Source: Cyanophora paradoxa CCMP329
Lineage: Eukaryota; Plantae; Glaucophyta
Direction of reading: 5' to 3'
DNA: 64,000 nucleotides
NCBI GenBank assembly: GCA_004431415.1
Contig: QPMI01000490.1
Span: 1-64,000, forward strand
The notes beneath the pieces were generated by a model. It was given only the letters and a program-made list of their open reading frames with translations, was not told the origin of the DNA and did no database searches. Every line of letters begins with the position of its first letter. The first letter of the stretch is position 1. Of this stretch, positions 1 to 11,730 are shown piece after piece. Position numbers and translations under genes: made by a program.

Positions 1-444
1 TACGCGTTGAATTCCGACAATACAGTGAACTTACTGATTGCCTGATGCGACGGGGGGCTGTCCTGCGATAGCCGAGGGAACCTGCTCTCGCCCGTCCGCA
101 TCCCTGCGATCATCGAGGACCTTGTCGGCACCATCCGCGGCATGTCCACTGTCACGAATAAAAATTAGACACAGCGCAAGGACCGTACACACCACTGGCG
201 TTGAAAGTTTCAAAACCCACCTGGCCGCCGGAACCGGATTTCCAGAAGCTTCGGGCTTCTCAGTGACATCAATCGCTGTCTCCTCCGCCTCGGCTTCCGG
301 CTGCAGTCCCTTCGCTGGATTACCACTCCCTTTTGCCTTTGCAGGTGGAGCTGTCGCCGACGCTTTCTTAGGCGTCTTCACACTGGCCTCCTCAGGATTA
401 TCACCTTGCGCGGCAGGGGCCGTGGTCTTGGGTTGACGGGCCAT
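1..444 (-). CDS. 5' part of an unknown gene (MARQPKTTAPAAQG...), probable paralog of the gene at 13983; runs off the window start
   Basis: ATG at 444 (minus) opens an Ala/Pro/Lys-rich N-terminus like MARQSKAAAA at 13983. Both ATGs have a similar upstream motif (aaagtttgaaatt vs aaatttgaaatt). Confidence 0.5.
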
Positions 445-1794
445 GACGCTTGAAGAGGTGCACACCCGAGTGACCGCGGTGAATTTCAAACTTTGCTCTA
501 ACACTGCGGTATCGATTGCGTACTAACCAAAATTGCGTACACCCCGCAAAAGTTCCCGTTTAGATTAGAATCGCTGCACCCTTGCATTGCTTGCTTCATG
601 CTGGCGCTCTCTAACTCGCCACCGTACACCTTGTTCCCGCCCTCTAACAGATCCCGCCGGCCCTGCTGACGCCGTCTCAGGCCAGACACATGCACGACGT
701 TCCAGACGCACCACATCTCGCGCGTATCCGCGCTGTCCGTTTGGCGAGGGCCCAGCGCTGCCGCTTTTCAACTCCGGTTACAGTCACCAAGTGCACGCTC
801 GCGCACTTGGACATTACCCGACCTGGATTCATAGGAATGCCGACACCTTTTTTCGATTGCAGCGCACGTGGCAGTACAGCCGAGATTGTTAGAAAATATC
901 GAAGAGTGATTATACAATCCAATGATCGTGAATAGCCTGAACGGACGCAGCACACAATTCGCAATTTGCTGCTGCTGGACGGCGGCGGTGGCGGGTCGCT
1001 TGCGATGCACCAGTGGCGGGGCGATGTGATGTAGAGCGACGGAGGTAGTGTGCGGGCAGGGCGCCCGCCATAGGCATGTCCATTGAATGACGGCGGGTGC
1101 GGGCCGCTGTCGTGTCCCTGGACGTGAAGGCCGCCGCCGTCTCTCTTCCGGAGCACGCAGCTAAGACATGGCGCCGGGGGCCGATCGCGAGAAGCCATAG
1201 TGCGCGGGAGGGCGCCGGGGGCCGAGGAGCCAGATTGCGCGGGTAAGGCACTGGGAGGTGGCATGAGAGAGACGCTAGAGTGCGGCGCTGGCGGGGGGGC
1301 CTGCGAGCAGATCGACTGGGCTGAGCTTGGGCGGGGGTACGGGTGCTTCAGCAATCTTAAGCTCTATGGCTGCATAGCTGCCAGCACGGCTCTTACTTCG
1401 GAGAAGCCAGCTAGCATTACACTTGTATTCGTACAATTTAGTTTCCCGACCGCGGGGCGGGGTGTGGTGGGGCGGGGCGGGGCGGGGCGGGTCAGGGCGG
1501 CCATGGGGCAGGGCGGCCGCTGGGCGGGGCAGGGCGACCGCGGGGCGGGCCTGTGGGGCTAGCCGGCGCCTGATAGTGTCTGTTAGTTTATTGAGCCTCT
1601 GCAAAAATTCAGGGGTGTGCGCCCGCAAAGGAATCTATAGATCTATCTTTTACTGCCGCCAGGGATGGGGCCCCGCTGCCTAATATAGTCGGCGTCTGGC
1701 ATGAGAGAGACTTGCGAATCTTGCTTGCAGCTGCGGACTTGGCCTCTGTGACCGCCGCCGACGCACCGGCTTGGGATTTCTGTTCTCACTTGCT

Positions 1795-2860
1795 ATCCTC
1801 CGCCGTCCCGGTCCCGCCGCGAAGGCTCGCGAGTAGGTCGCCTGCGCTCACCTAGTCGCGCAGGCGCGCGTTGAAGGGCGGGAGGCGTGCACGAAGTGAG
1901 AAATGGGCGCCGATGTGTCCGACGCCCCCGCCGCAAGGCGCTGCGAGTCGAGCTCCCTGCATCCGCGCTATCGCGCGGGCGCGCGTCGAAGGGCGGGGAG
2001 TGCGCACGACGCGAGAGATGAGCCGCCGCTGCGCCCCGCTGCCCCGCCGCGAAGGCGCAGCGATTCGGGGCGCCTGCGCTCGGCTTCTCGCGCGGGGCGT
2101 GTGGGGAAGGGCGGTGAAGCGCGCACCAGGCATAGATGGGCCGCCGCTGCGTCCCGGCCGCCCCGGCCCTGCGCGAATGCTCCGCGAGTCGGGTCGCCGT
2201 GCTCACCTCTTCGCGCGGGGCGCGACGCGGAAGCGGGGATGCGCGCACCAAGCGAGAGATGAACCGCCGCTGCGCCCCGGCCGCCGTCGCCGCGCGGCGC
2301 GCCGCGAGAGGTCCTCCCTGCGCCCGCCCCGTCGCGCGAAGCGCGGCGCCGAAGTGCGGGAGGCCGCACCAAGCGAGAGATGGGCCGCCGCTGAGCCCGC
2401 GAGTCGGGTCGCCTACGCTCGCTTGTCGCGCGGGGCACGGCGGGAAGGCGGGAGGCGCGCACCAAGCTATAGATGGCGCCGCTGCTACCCGGCCGCCCCC
2501 ACGCGAAGGTGCCGCAAGTCGAGCTACCTTCGCCGCCCGTTGCGCGGGCGCGGCGAGGAAGGGCGGGAGGCCCGCACCAAGCGAGACATGTGCCGCCGTG
2601 CAAACCGGCCGCGCCGCCCTGCCGCAAAGCGCCGCGAATCGGGTCGCTCCGTTCACCTAGCTCGTCGCGCGGGAGCGGCGCTGAAGGGCGGGAGGCGCGC
2701 ACCAAGCGAGAGATGGGCCGCCGCGGCCTGCGGTTCCGGACACCCCCGCCGCGCGGGCGTCGCGAGTCGAGATCCTGCCCCGCCCCGTCGCGCGGGCGCG
2801 GTGGCGACGGGTGTGGAGGCGCGCACCAAGCGAGAGATGAGCCAAGGCTGCGCCCGGGTG
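1795..2860. repeat. GC-rich degenerate tandem array, about 9 units of about 95-125 bp
   Basis: Core gcgcaccaagcgagagatg(g/a)gccgccgctg recurs near 1888, 2001, 2120, 2242, 2364, 2457, 2572, 2697 and 2821. Confidence 0.9.
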
Positions 2861-2920
2861 GCTTACTATATTCTAGTCCATGTCCTAGCTAAAGATCTTC
2901 GCATCGCGGACTGAAAGCAA
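2847..2920 (+). repeat. Dispersed direct repeat, copy 1 (copy 2 at 12981-13055)
   Basis: 36-bp identical core ggcttactatattctagtccatgtcctagctaaaga at 2860-2895 and 12995-13030; flanks also similar (cggactgaaagcaa). Confidence 0.9.
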
Positions 2921-2932
2921 GATGTCGAATAA

Positions 2933-2972
2933 GACTCACTCCCAGGATTCGAACCTGGTCTAAGCGATGTGA
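2933..2972 (-). other. tRNA-like 3' half (T-arm/B-box fragment), not a complete tRNA
   Basis: Minus strand reads CCAGG-TTCGAAT-CCTGG (perfect 5-bp T-stem with canonical T-loop), then GAGTGAG. No matching 5' acceptor strand or D-arm found. Confidence 0.45.
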
Positions 2973-2995
2973 GCAGCCGTCCGGGACGGCTGGTC
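2971..2995 (+). repeat. 25-bp palindromic motif, left copy of an inverted pair
   Basis: gagcagccgtccgggacggctggtc. The reverse complement of 21111-21135 is gagcagccgtccaggacggctggtc (24/25 identical). Confidence 0.85.
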
Positions 2996-4894
2996 TAGAT
3001 CTACGGGTACCGAATAGCAAAGCTTCAGCCCGACCCTTCAACTAATAGCCAAGCTTCAGCCCTTTTTTGGAGCTTCGAATAGTGAGGAGCGGCTGGTCAC
3101 TTCCCCTTATCGAGCGCGCCATCCCGATGTCCACGAAGATGAATATCTGGCTTTGCGCAGGTGAGTCGCACGTGTGCACTGCGTGACTCAAATGTGCAAG
3201 CAAAGCCAGAACTTCGGAACTTGTACTAATATGCGTCCTCTACGCGCAGCGGCAGGCTAACGCGCTTGCACACTGGAACGCAGAGAAGAAGAACGAGGTT
3301 GAAGCGTTCCGACTCGCAGCTCAAGAGGTGCGCCTTATGCCGCGCAGTGCGAGGAGGGCCGCCGCTGCGCCGCGTAATTTGAGGCGTGGTTCGTAGATAG
3401 GCAGCGTCGTCGATCATCACCCACCGGCTGCAATGTGGAAGACACAGAACGCCGCCGGGGAAGCAAAAGACGCAGGGAGGAGGATCTTCTCTGGGCAAGC
3501 GGCGCCGCGACCGCAGCGACAAGCGGGACATCTACAGCGCCCGTGGCCCGCCCAAGCGTGGCCATTGCGAGTAGTAGCGTAGCTGCTAGCGGCCGAACGC
3601 ACATGTGCTCGGCTGCAGAAGTCACAACGGTCGGTGGGCATGCACACCTTCAACCACCCCACATCGTAAAAACGACGATTCGCCAGCGGCGGTCAAGCCC
3701 ACCGACTCGATGCTCGTGCCTCAGCTCGCCCGCGCATCTGCATCGCCTGCGGCGAGGAGAGCACCAGAACACAAGAGCCCTGCTCGCGCCATCGAGAACG
3801 GCTTCGTGGTAAGAACCTCAAGTGATTACAATATATAGCTACACTATGAATCTGACACGTGGGCACAGGGGCATGTACTTGTCTGTATGATGGAAGGAGG
3901 AGAGCTTGGCGCGAAAATTCAGGAGCGCGCAAGGAGGTCATCGATGCGATCGACATCTTCTTTCGCGGGACTCAGCGGGTATTGCAGTGCAACTTGCTCA
4001 AGAGCTACGACTCGTGAGAGCCAGAATCGATAGATTCCCTGAAGAACATATATCTTCGTCAGAGCAAGCGACCGATTCACTACGTACCAGGATGACCCAG
4101 CCGCTGGAATTGAACGTGTGTACTCCTGCATTTATGTTTTCGTCCAGCACGCGTTGCGGTTGGGTGGCTGACTCAAGACACAGGAAGGGAACAGTGGCAC
4201 CACTGAAGACGGACTACGTCGGTCATTGCGCATGCCGTATGCAATGCAATCAGAGACGCGAAGTCAAACGTGGAGCGCGAACTGGGCTGGTTGCAATCGG
4301 TCTCAAGGTCGATCGGAAGCTGGAGGGTCTTGCTTTCTACCTGGCGGATGAAGTTGTCACCCTGCGCAAACTTGCAGGGCAAGCAGGGGCGCCAGAGCAA
4401 TCTGGTAATCTGCATCCCGCGCCAATAGAGCTGTCGCCTACTCAGCCCTCCGGCTTCAGCTACTACGGCACAGAATCTTCGCACCCTCCCTCAGAACCAC
4501 AGGATCGCGGACCACCCGTGACCAACGTATTCTTATCGAACTCTCTCCTTTTCGCCGTTCTGCCGATCTCATCGTCAACCATTTCGCCTGCGGCAGCTCG
4601 CCGTCCACCACCTTACACTCCTCCTATGTGTACGTTTTCCGTGCACTCATAGTTCTTTCATTTAAAGTTACTAATCTCGTTCGTACAGAGCACGGGATTC
4701 GGTGGTGGTTGTCCATGTCCAATATCACACCATACTCTCAAGCTAGCCCCTCCAAATACACAATAGGCGGCTGCTTACGATTACGATGAATAAACTATAC
4801 GTAGACTTGGGTTTTCCGAGCTATATACGCAGGCTATCGTTGTGGTACGAAGGTACCAGTGTTGCCTACAGTACTGTGCACAAACAATCAGGAG

Positions 4895-5052
4895 GGCATT
4901 GGAAATCTCTTTTGTGCGAAGCGGCAGACCGTAGTGTGCACGATGCCGGATAGCGAAGAACGTGGTGAGGTCCCGGCGGAGTCTATCGTACCAGGTAAAC
5001 TCTGCCGCATGTGTGACCGGCAGCAGCGTACACATGCACGTTCGTAAATTTG
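4895..5052 (-). pseudogene. Inverted, frameshifted paralog fragment of the ORF at 10303-10623
   Basis: Reverse complement aligns with about 10309-10465 (aacgtgcatgtgtacgctgctgccgg...gagattt). Peptides: WYDRLRRDLTTFFAIR vs WYERLRRDLIKFFAMR. Confidence 0.7.
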
Positions 5053-5093
5053 TACGAAAGGTGAACTGAGTCGATTGTCATTGGATCACGTCT

Positions 5094-7407
5094 GTGCACG
5101 TGCTGCGTTTCAATGAACATCGTATGCGCTGGTCCTTTCTACGTTTGCTTGCTCCTTTCTCTTATGTTCGGGGGTACCCTGTATCGATTTGCTTTGGTGA
5201 TATCGGCTCTTTGGATCCGCTTCCCGCGCTGCTGGTGTTCATCATCTACGCAAAGCGTGCGTATGCAACCCGCCTACTGCCTGGGTTATGCTGCGCGGGT
5301 GCTGGCACACCTTTTAGCTGGGCTCTCGTCGACGTCGGAGCGGGCTTGCATCTCTCACACTTCTTACGCAGCTCATTCTGACGGCAGGTATTAGAGGCAA
5401 GACAGTACGGACTGCCTGTACGACCTTCTGGCGTCAGTCCCGAAGCCACGTCATCCGGCTCGTTCTGTCTTGCAATGAACATCACGCGTATGACACGTAA
5501 GTTTCTCCTTCGTGGTATTTCCGACGTTACGGGTTTGAAACCAGATCTCTGTCGTAGGTTCACGAATGCAGGATCTGTGCAGCGGGTAAAATTTTCTTTT
5601 GACGTTGGTATTATTGCCGCGTCATTGCAAAAGGACAGGTGTTCGAGAACCCTGGGATTTTCATTATTATCGCATCTTTCATATGTGACAACCAGTACCG
5701 TGCTGTCGTCTGTGTGCTTGGTGGCGTCTGTCAGAGTTGGAGACGTATAGTACGTGTGGTTGCCGTGATTGATGCGGTACTGATGGCCCTCGAGCTCATT
5801 TCTCTTGTCCTTCAGGCACGCAATTTCAAACCAGTGTCAGCTGTTTTTTCGTGCAGGATGAAAGTGGACTTGTGCGCAGACCCATCGGTCAAGTTAATAT
5901 AAGCGTGAATTCAATTGCGGAGGTGCGTTGTATTTCGCTAATGAGATCGCCCATGATCACCTCGGTAGCTAATGACATGATTCAGGCCGTTCGTATGCTA
6001 ATATCGCATCCTAAGAAGTGTCTTCTCGAACATGTGCGTTTTCAGGGTTACGACGCTATGTAACATATACCTCACGTCCTTCGATGGCTCCTAGGTTTTG
6101 ACAACAGTTACGAGGGTGGTGTTTATTACTTCACGTACAGAAGAAATATTCGTAGAACTCCCTCGTCTCGTGACTCATATTGGGTGTGCGGATATGCTAG
6201 TTGTCGAACTGTGCATATTTCGTGCACGTCCGTCACCGAATACGCTTTTTTGGTTTGTTAATTCAATTTCGGCTGTTGTGTTTCTATCTCATTTTTAATT
6301 ATCAAATGAACAGGCAAGTCGCAGGAAATGGAAATCGTACTGAAAGAATTTACGCGGAACTTACTACACGCCATGGACACTGTGCCAGCACATGTAATTC
6401 CAGCTGGATTCGGTGTCTCAGTCACGACATTATCGTCTCTGCGCACAGGCCCAACCGTTCCATCATCTACCAAAACATATATTGCTCATGCGCCACTTTT
6501 GGGGGGCTATCCGTCTGCTGCAATTTCCCATGTACGCGTCTTTTCTAAAGTCGTGAATGCTTTAATTAATAGAGCGTCCGTTGATATATTAAGCGCAGTT
6601 GGAGATTTGTTTGGATCCCAGAGAATCAGATCTGTTGATACTACACTCCGTCCTGGAACGACGGGAGAAGCCATTGAGTCTGGCAGGATAGCATTGCAGT
6701 CGCAGCATTCGATATCTTCTGCAAGAGCACTCCGTCGCCATGAATCACTTGTCAGTGAAACATGGAGGCTCTCGGCTTTCATTTCACCTATATCGCATCG
6801 ACTCAAGATATTCGGATTTTATATACGTATTAATGAGGACTGCCCATTGCAGTGCTGTGTGGATCCGATTGTCGATCCATTTCAACAGAGTATACCGCCG
6901 CTCGAAGTGTGCAAGATATTGACACCGGATCCTCGCACTGGGCCGTTACTCTGGGTATATTTGCAAGAACTTGCAATGTGCTCATTTTTCTTGTATATAT
7001 GTTTGGGTGATTTTACGTTATTCTGTCCTTAGGCAAAGGGGATGGCGGAGTTCCGGGAATTCCGATATGCCTTTCGTTTGCTGGAATTGATTCTGGCGGA
7101 GATTTCTAAACCGTTCCTTCTGTCATTTGAAGGGTGCGTGTTACGGTAGGGACTGTGAACTGGTTTTTCATTTTTCGTTTTCATCTGAATTGTCCTTGCT
7201 TTGTACAGATTAAATTTGTCGCATGTGGCGGGTCTTTTATTCGAGACAAGGATTGTGACATTACTGGAACGTAACCCACCCCGTCATCTCATTCTTCGTG
7301 ATTGTTATAAATGGCCAACGATGCGAGGAACGGCATTATCGATAGTTTTAGTTTCCCAGTTATTCGGACTGGGTGCCAGATTACATACGAATCATAATAT
7401 TGAGTGA
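5094..7407 (+). CDS. Probable multi-exon gene of unknown function (boundaries approximate, possibly degenerate)
   Basis: Chain of plus-strand ORFs, including the 234-aa ORF 6328-7032, separated by GT..AG intron-like segments (e.g. gtaagt at about 5497 to gtcgtag at about 5557). No domain recognised. Confidence 0.35.
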
Positions 7408-9147
7408 ATGTTTGTCTGGTCAAGTACATATGCATGCATATAGAATCCTAAGCACTACTAGCCCAGTGTTCCACTGCCCCCATCGACCCGCTGCCCCTCT
7501 GCACCCCTTCACCCCGGCCCGAGTATCCCGTCGCCCACCAGTGCCCGCCTCTTCTGGTCTCTAGCGCCCCGCTTCCTACGCCCCTATCGTCCACCCGCGC
7601 CGCCCTCTAGCACCCCGGCCCGTCACCCCTCTGCCGTCTCGCTTCCATCGGAGAGGACCAGCGGGAGACAAACCGCCTAGACTCAGTGTTCCGCCGCCCC
7701 CAGCAACCTTCTGCCCCCCCTCAGTACACCGTCTTCCCCATCGACATGACCCCACTCTGACCCTACTCAGCATCCCGTCTCACACCAGCGACCTGCTGTC
7801 CCCACCGCCCCGTCCCCGCCGCCCTTTAGCGCAAACCCTCTGTTTCTCACTTGCCCCCCCCCCCCCTCCTCCCCCCCCTCCCCCCCGCACCTCTCCGCCT
7901 CTCTAAACATCTGCAGTCGATGATTGCATTTGTAAATGCCTACTTTTGCTTCGGGAATACCTGGATTGCAGACTCAAGGTGTTTAATGCTAGTTCTTAAA
8001 AAGCTGCTTGAACACCAAGCGTGTACCGAGCTCTTTCTCATGTCAGGACACCTACTTCCGGTTGCTTCGTCGACATCTCATCAATGGCCTCTGATAAAAT
8101 TACCATTTCGATCGACACCTTCTGAAGTCTCATCAGGACGCCGGACAGCTTAGCAGAATCATCGTCCGACAGTGGCAAAATTGGGAACGTTGGCCTTGTC
8201 AGAACTGCAAGCAATACGGCCGTGTGAACCAGACGTACGCTAGCAGCAATATTAATGCCGATGTGCACGAGATGCACTGCGTACTTACTTGAATCGTCGC
8301 TTGCGCTGTCGCTGTCAGTGCCCTGCATATCGACATCCGACCCTGTTCGTGCCACCTTTCAGTACACAGCGCGTTCGTTAGCAACCGATCGTACGTTCGG
8401 AATGCCAGATATGCACCTGTTGCATTCTGCCATTTCTCTGCCCAGTGGCACGACGGGCAATCGCTATAGTCATCACCCCGGACACTCTGCGCGATCCCCA
8501 TGCGCGTATGAGTCGGTAGACCGGTCCAACCTCGTGAAAACATGCTCGCGTACTTCCCGACCAGCGTCTGATTGCGAATCGCCTGACGCTTCTGCAAAGT
8601 GAAGTGCATATGCAATGCGTTAGCCTGCTGCGGACTCTGCACGTCTACAGCGAGCGCTGGTCTGAATGCGTCACCTCGCCCATGTTCGATAGGTGCTATC
8701 CGGCTTCGCTCTCCATTAACGTGCAAACGGTAACCTTCCCGACGCGAGCATCTACCCCTGTGCTGTCGCTCCGTCAGCGTCACTTCGATAATAGCTGTCA
8801 TCAGTCTCTCTCCGTACATCCTGTTCCTAGGCGGCCATGTACGACTTGTACGATATCACAGGCGCGATCGATCATCCCCGGCGCAAGCTAGCATCATACC
8901 TCGCTGCGCGCTTTAATCTGAGTGCCTTATACAAGCCCACCGCCACCGATCTATGTATCGCGCCACCGAGGTTCGCACACACGCATGTTCTATCCTTTGT
9001 TTGCGCATCCGATCCGGTAAACACATGTTACTATAGCTACTCTCATGCGTGCTCCTACTCCCAGTTTTTACAGAGCGGTGATATGCTCGGAAGAGCCATT
9101 GACAATGGCTGCCGCGACCATGGGATCATCGACCAGGATTGCCTGTG

Positions 9148-10130
9148 ATGGACGGCTTTTATGCACATCCTGCGGCTTTTGGGGAGCGTCTCCGCGACCA
9201 CGCCTTAATTTCGTACCTTCCTCCTGACATACCAAGCTGCGTGTTCATATCAGGTCCGTCATTCGCCATCGTTCCATACCTATGCATACAAACATACGCA
9301 TCCTCTCTATGCGCACAGGTGGCCTCCCTTCAAAGCCCTCACGTGCCCGCCGATTGCCTACCGAATGGCATTGTACGCATGCATGCGAGAAAGCATGAGC
9401 GCGAACCGTTTGTCCTGAGAGTAGCTTGCAGGAACGATATCGACATCTACGTAAAAGCCTCAACCGTGGCAGAATTCACTCGCGTCGTCAACGCCTTCTA
9501 TCAAGCTGCGGCGCGCGCATCCGCAGAACGAGTCGCGCCTTACCTACCAAAGAATAAAACCGTGGATGTCTTCTGCGCACCTTTTGCCTACGGCATCCAG
9601 ATCATGGCCCCAGGTGTCCTACCTCTGCAGGTGCCTGCTACATGCAGAATATTTCGAACGGTATCATTTCGATTTTCAAATTCTGTTCCTCAGATCAGTG
9701 TCATGGGTTCGAATACTATTGAGCGTATAGTATCATCGTACGACCTCCCTGCATGTGCAATCTACGTGCCAGGAGACGACCTTAGCCACCCGGTCGCAAC
9801 GTTTGCAGCGTGTATGACCCTCATCACGCACACAATTCCATCAACGTGGACTACCTGGGCCTTTTTCACCCCTTCTACTACGTTGAAAATGGCCACGTGT
9901 TAACCACGCATCATCCATACCACTGCGTGCCCCGGATTTTGAAATACGTGCAAGACACCGGAGCTGGAGTACGTACTCTCTCGCATTCAATCCATACTAC
10001 TGCTGGCCTCCGCGATCGTGTTCGTGGGTCATCGCTTTCTGGCATCGAAGACGTTAACCCGCGATCAAGATCCGAACTCGAGTGCATAATGCATCCTGCC
10101 TCCGCAGCTGGCGTCCTGCAACTACTATGA
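9148..10130 (+). CDS. Putative nucleotidyltransferase (Pol-beta superfamily, class II CCA/poly(A)-polymerase-like, virus-type); 3 introns and about 2 apparent frameshifts; true start may be upstream
   Basis: Removing introns 9254-9318, 9373-9431 and 9631-9693 and restoring one base in a C run near 9326 gives CVFISGG...NDIDIYV...PLQISV...IVSSYDLPACAIY. After a frameshift near 9835 it continues to PRILKYVQDTG. Confidence 0.6.
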
Positions 10131-10302
10131 CACTCAAATGTTGTGCGCAGGAATCTGAGGGCGCGTCACCTGGATTGGATTGGTTGCGAAGGGGACACCG
10201 GTCTGCTTCCCTCAGGAGTACACCCTGTGCGTTTCTATTTTATACGATCATCGTGGCCGGTATCGAGTTCACCCGCAAAGTTAATGTGTTTGCGGCCAGT
10301 TC

Positions 10303-10623
10303 ATGAAGAAATTTGCGAACGTGCATGTGTACGCTGCTGCCGGTTACACATGCGGAAGAGTTTACGCCTGGTACGAGAGACTCCGACGTGACCTCATCAA
10401 GTTCTTCGCTATGCGGCAGCTCACACACAACGGTCTGCCGCTTCTCACACAAGAGATTTACGATGCCTTCAACGCTGCATTCGACGCCTCGGTGGCAGCA
10501 AGGGAATCGGACCCCGACAGAGTACGTCGCTACGTATACTATTCCTTCGAATTCCTGCGACCCCTGCTACTACAGTTCTTTCACTCCCCCCAACCCCAAG
10601 TAACTACAGCATGTGATCTCTAA
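10303..10623 (+). CDS. Small unknown ORF (106 aa) with duplicated fragments elsewhere in the region
   Basis: Intact ATG-to-stop ORF. Inverted paralog at about 4895-5052; about 50 bp of it (10475-10523) is repeated at about 10695-10743. Confidence 0.4.
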   Translation: MKKFANVHVYAAAGYTCGRVYAWYERLRRDLIKFFAMRQLTHNGLPLLTQEIYDAFNAAFDASVAARESDPDRVRRYVYYSFEFLRPLLLQFFHSPQPQVTTACDL

Positions 10624-11023
10624 ACCCTCCTTGCGGTGGTGATCGTACCCGTATTCTTCATGTGCACATCTTCACGGGTGCAGTGTGGTGAACTCTGCAT
10701 TCGACGCATCTGTTGCAGCAAGGGGATCGGACCCCGGCATAGTTAAGCTTACTATACTGTAGTCCAGGCCTAGTCAGCTAGCATAGTACGGAGCATGTGA
10801 GGAGGGATCGAGGCAGTGTGAGTGGATGATATTGGAATGGAAGTCAAGTGCAGCAAGCTGAGGGTAGCCAGTGCCAATGTGCGCATTCAATAAAGGCAGG
10901 CAAAACTAAGTAGTCGAGCGCAAGATAGAAGGTGTCAGAGATAGGAAACAGAAATCGATGCGAAACGAACCCCGACAACTGACTGCCATACAACGTATAT
11001 GGAGTACGGCGCGCGTCCTTGCC

Positions 11024-11730
11024 CTAATTCTGACCGACATCGTCGTACATTCCGTGGTACATATCATCATGCAGCGGCCATCCATCTGGGTCCACATCGG
11101 GTCGATGTACGACGTGCTTGGCGACCGTCCCATTCCTCTTCATATAGATTTCGGCCCACCGGCGATCGGGGTCCCAACTGCCAGCACAATCGAAGGCATT
11201 TACTATCAAGTCGTACTCTGCGGTGGGGATGGGTTTAATAGTTGATCATCATCCAAGATTACATGTGTACAGGCACCTCCATTACAGTCCGTAAGCTGAA
11301 CGGACGCAATCACATCGTACGCAGAAGTAAACTCGTTGTTACTCACGCGCACCGCTGCAGGCCCAGGTGGTACTGCTATGATGGCGCCTGTGCCGGGATT
11401 CTTGATTATAAAAACGTCGGGGTCATTTGGCTCATGGCCTCCAGTACGATGATGGAACCGGGGCCGCTGACTCGCACTGATTGAGATATATCGCGGTAAG
11501 AAGCTAAATCGAGATTCGGTCTCGCGTAAGAAGCAGCTAGCACTATATCGGATGTGGGCGACGTATCTGCGATGGCGCAAATCGCAGCATGCACTTGCGT
11601 CAGCAGCGAACGGAGCAAGCGCACGGAGAACATACCTCTCGATCGCTTCTTGGAACCGGAATCGAGGATGGGACGCAAAGTATTCGTCAACGACATGTCT
11701 AGCCGTCTCTGCAAGAATCAAGTCCGGCAA
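11024..11730 (-). CDS. Unknown ORF(s), probably one frameshifted coding region
   Basis: 174-aa ORF 11206-11730 abuts 61-aa ORF 11024-11209. Normal-complexity protein-like sequence, no domain recognised. Confidence 0.3.

Noticed and set aside
1795-2860. Possible CRISPR-like repeat-spacer array
   Set aside because: The sequences between cores are related to each other and the cores are degenerate. The context is eukaryotic with no cas genes, so it is a tandem repeat.
1793-2914. Long overlapping ORFs (287-347 aa) on both strands
   Set aside because: Stop-poor frames caused by the GC-rich array; the translations are Arg/Ala/Gly-rich and not protein-like.
2974-2998. Canonical Helitron 3' end (hairpin plus CTAG)
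   Set aside because: The hairpin is only 2 nt from CTAG, the next base is A rather than T, and no Rep/helicase ORF is seen.
2933-3010. Functional tRNA gene, or a tRNA split by the candidate element
   Set aside because: Only the T-arm is present. No complementary 5' acceptor strand is found nearby or beyond 21135.
3930-4115. Possible hAT transposase remnant (PSRWN resembling TRWNS)
   Set aside because: A single short motif in a stop-interrupted frame with no other hAT motifs.
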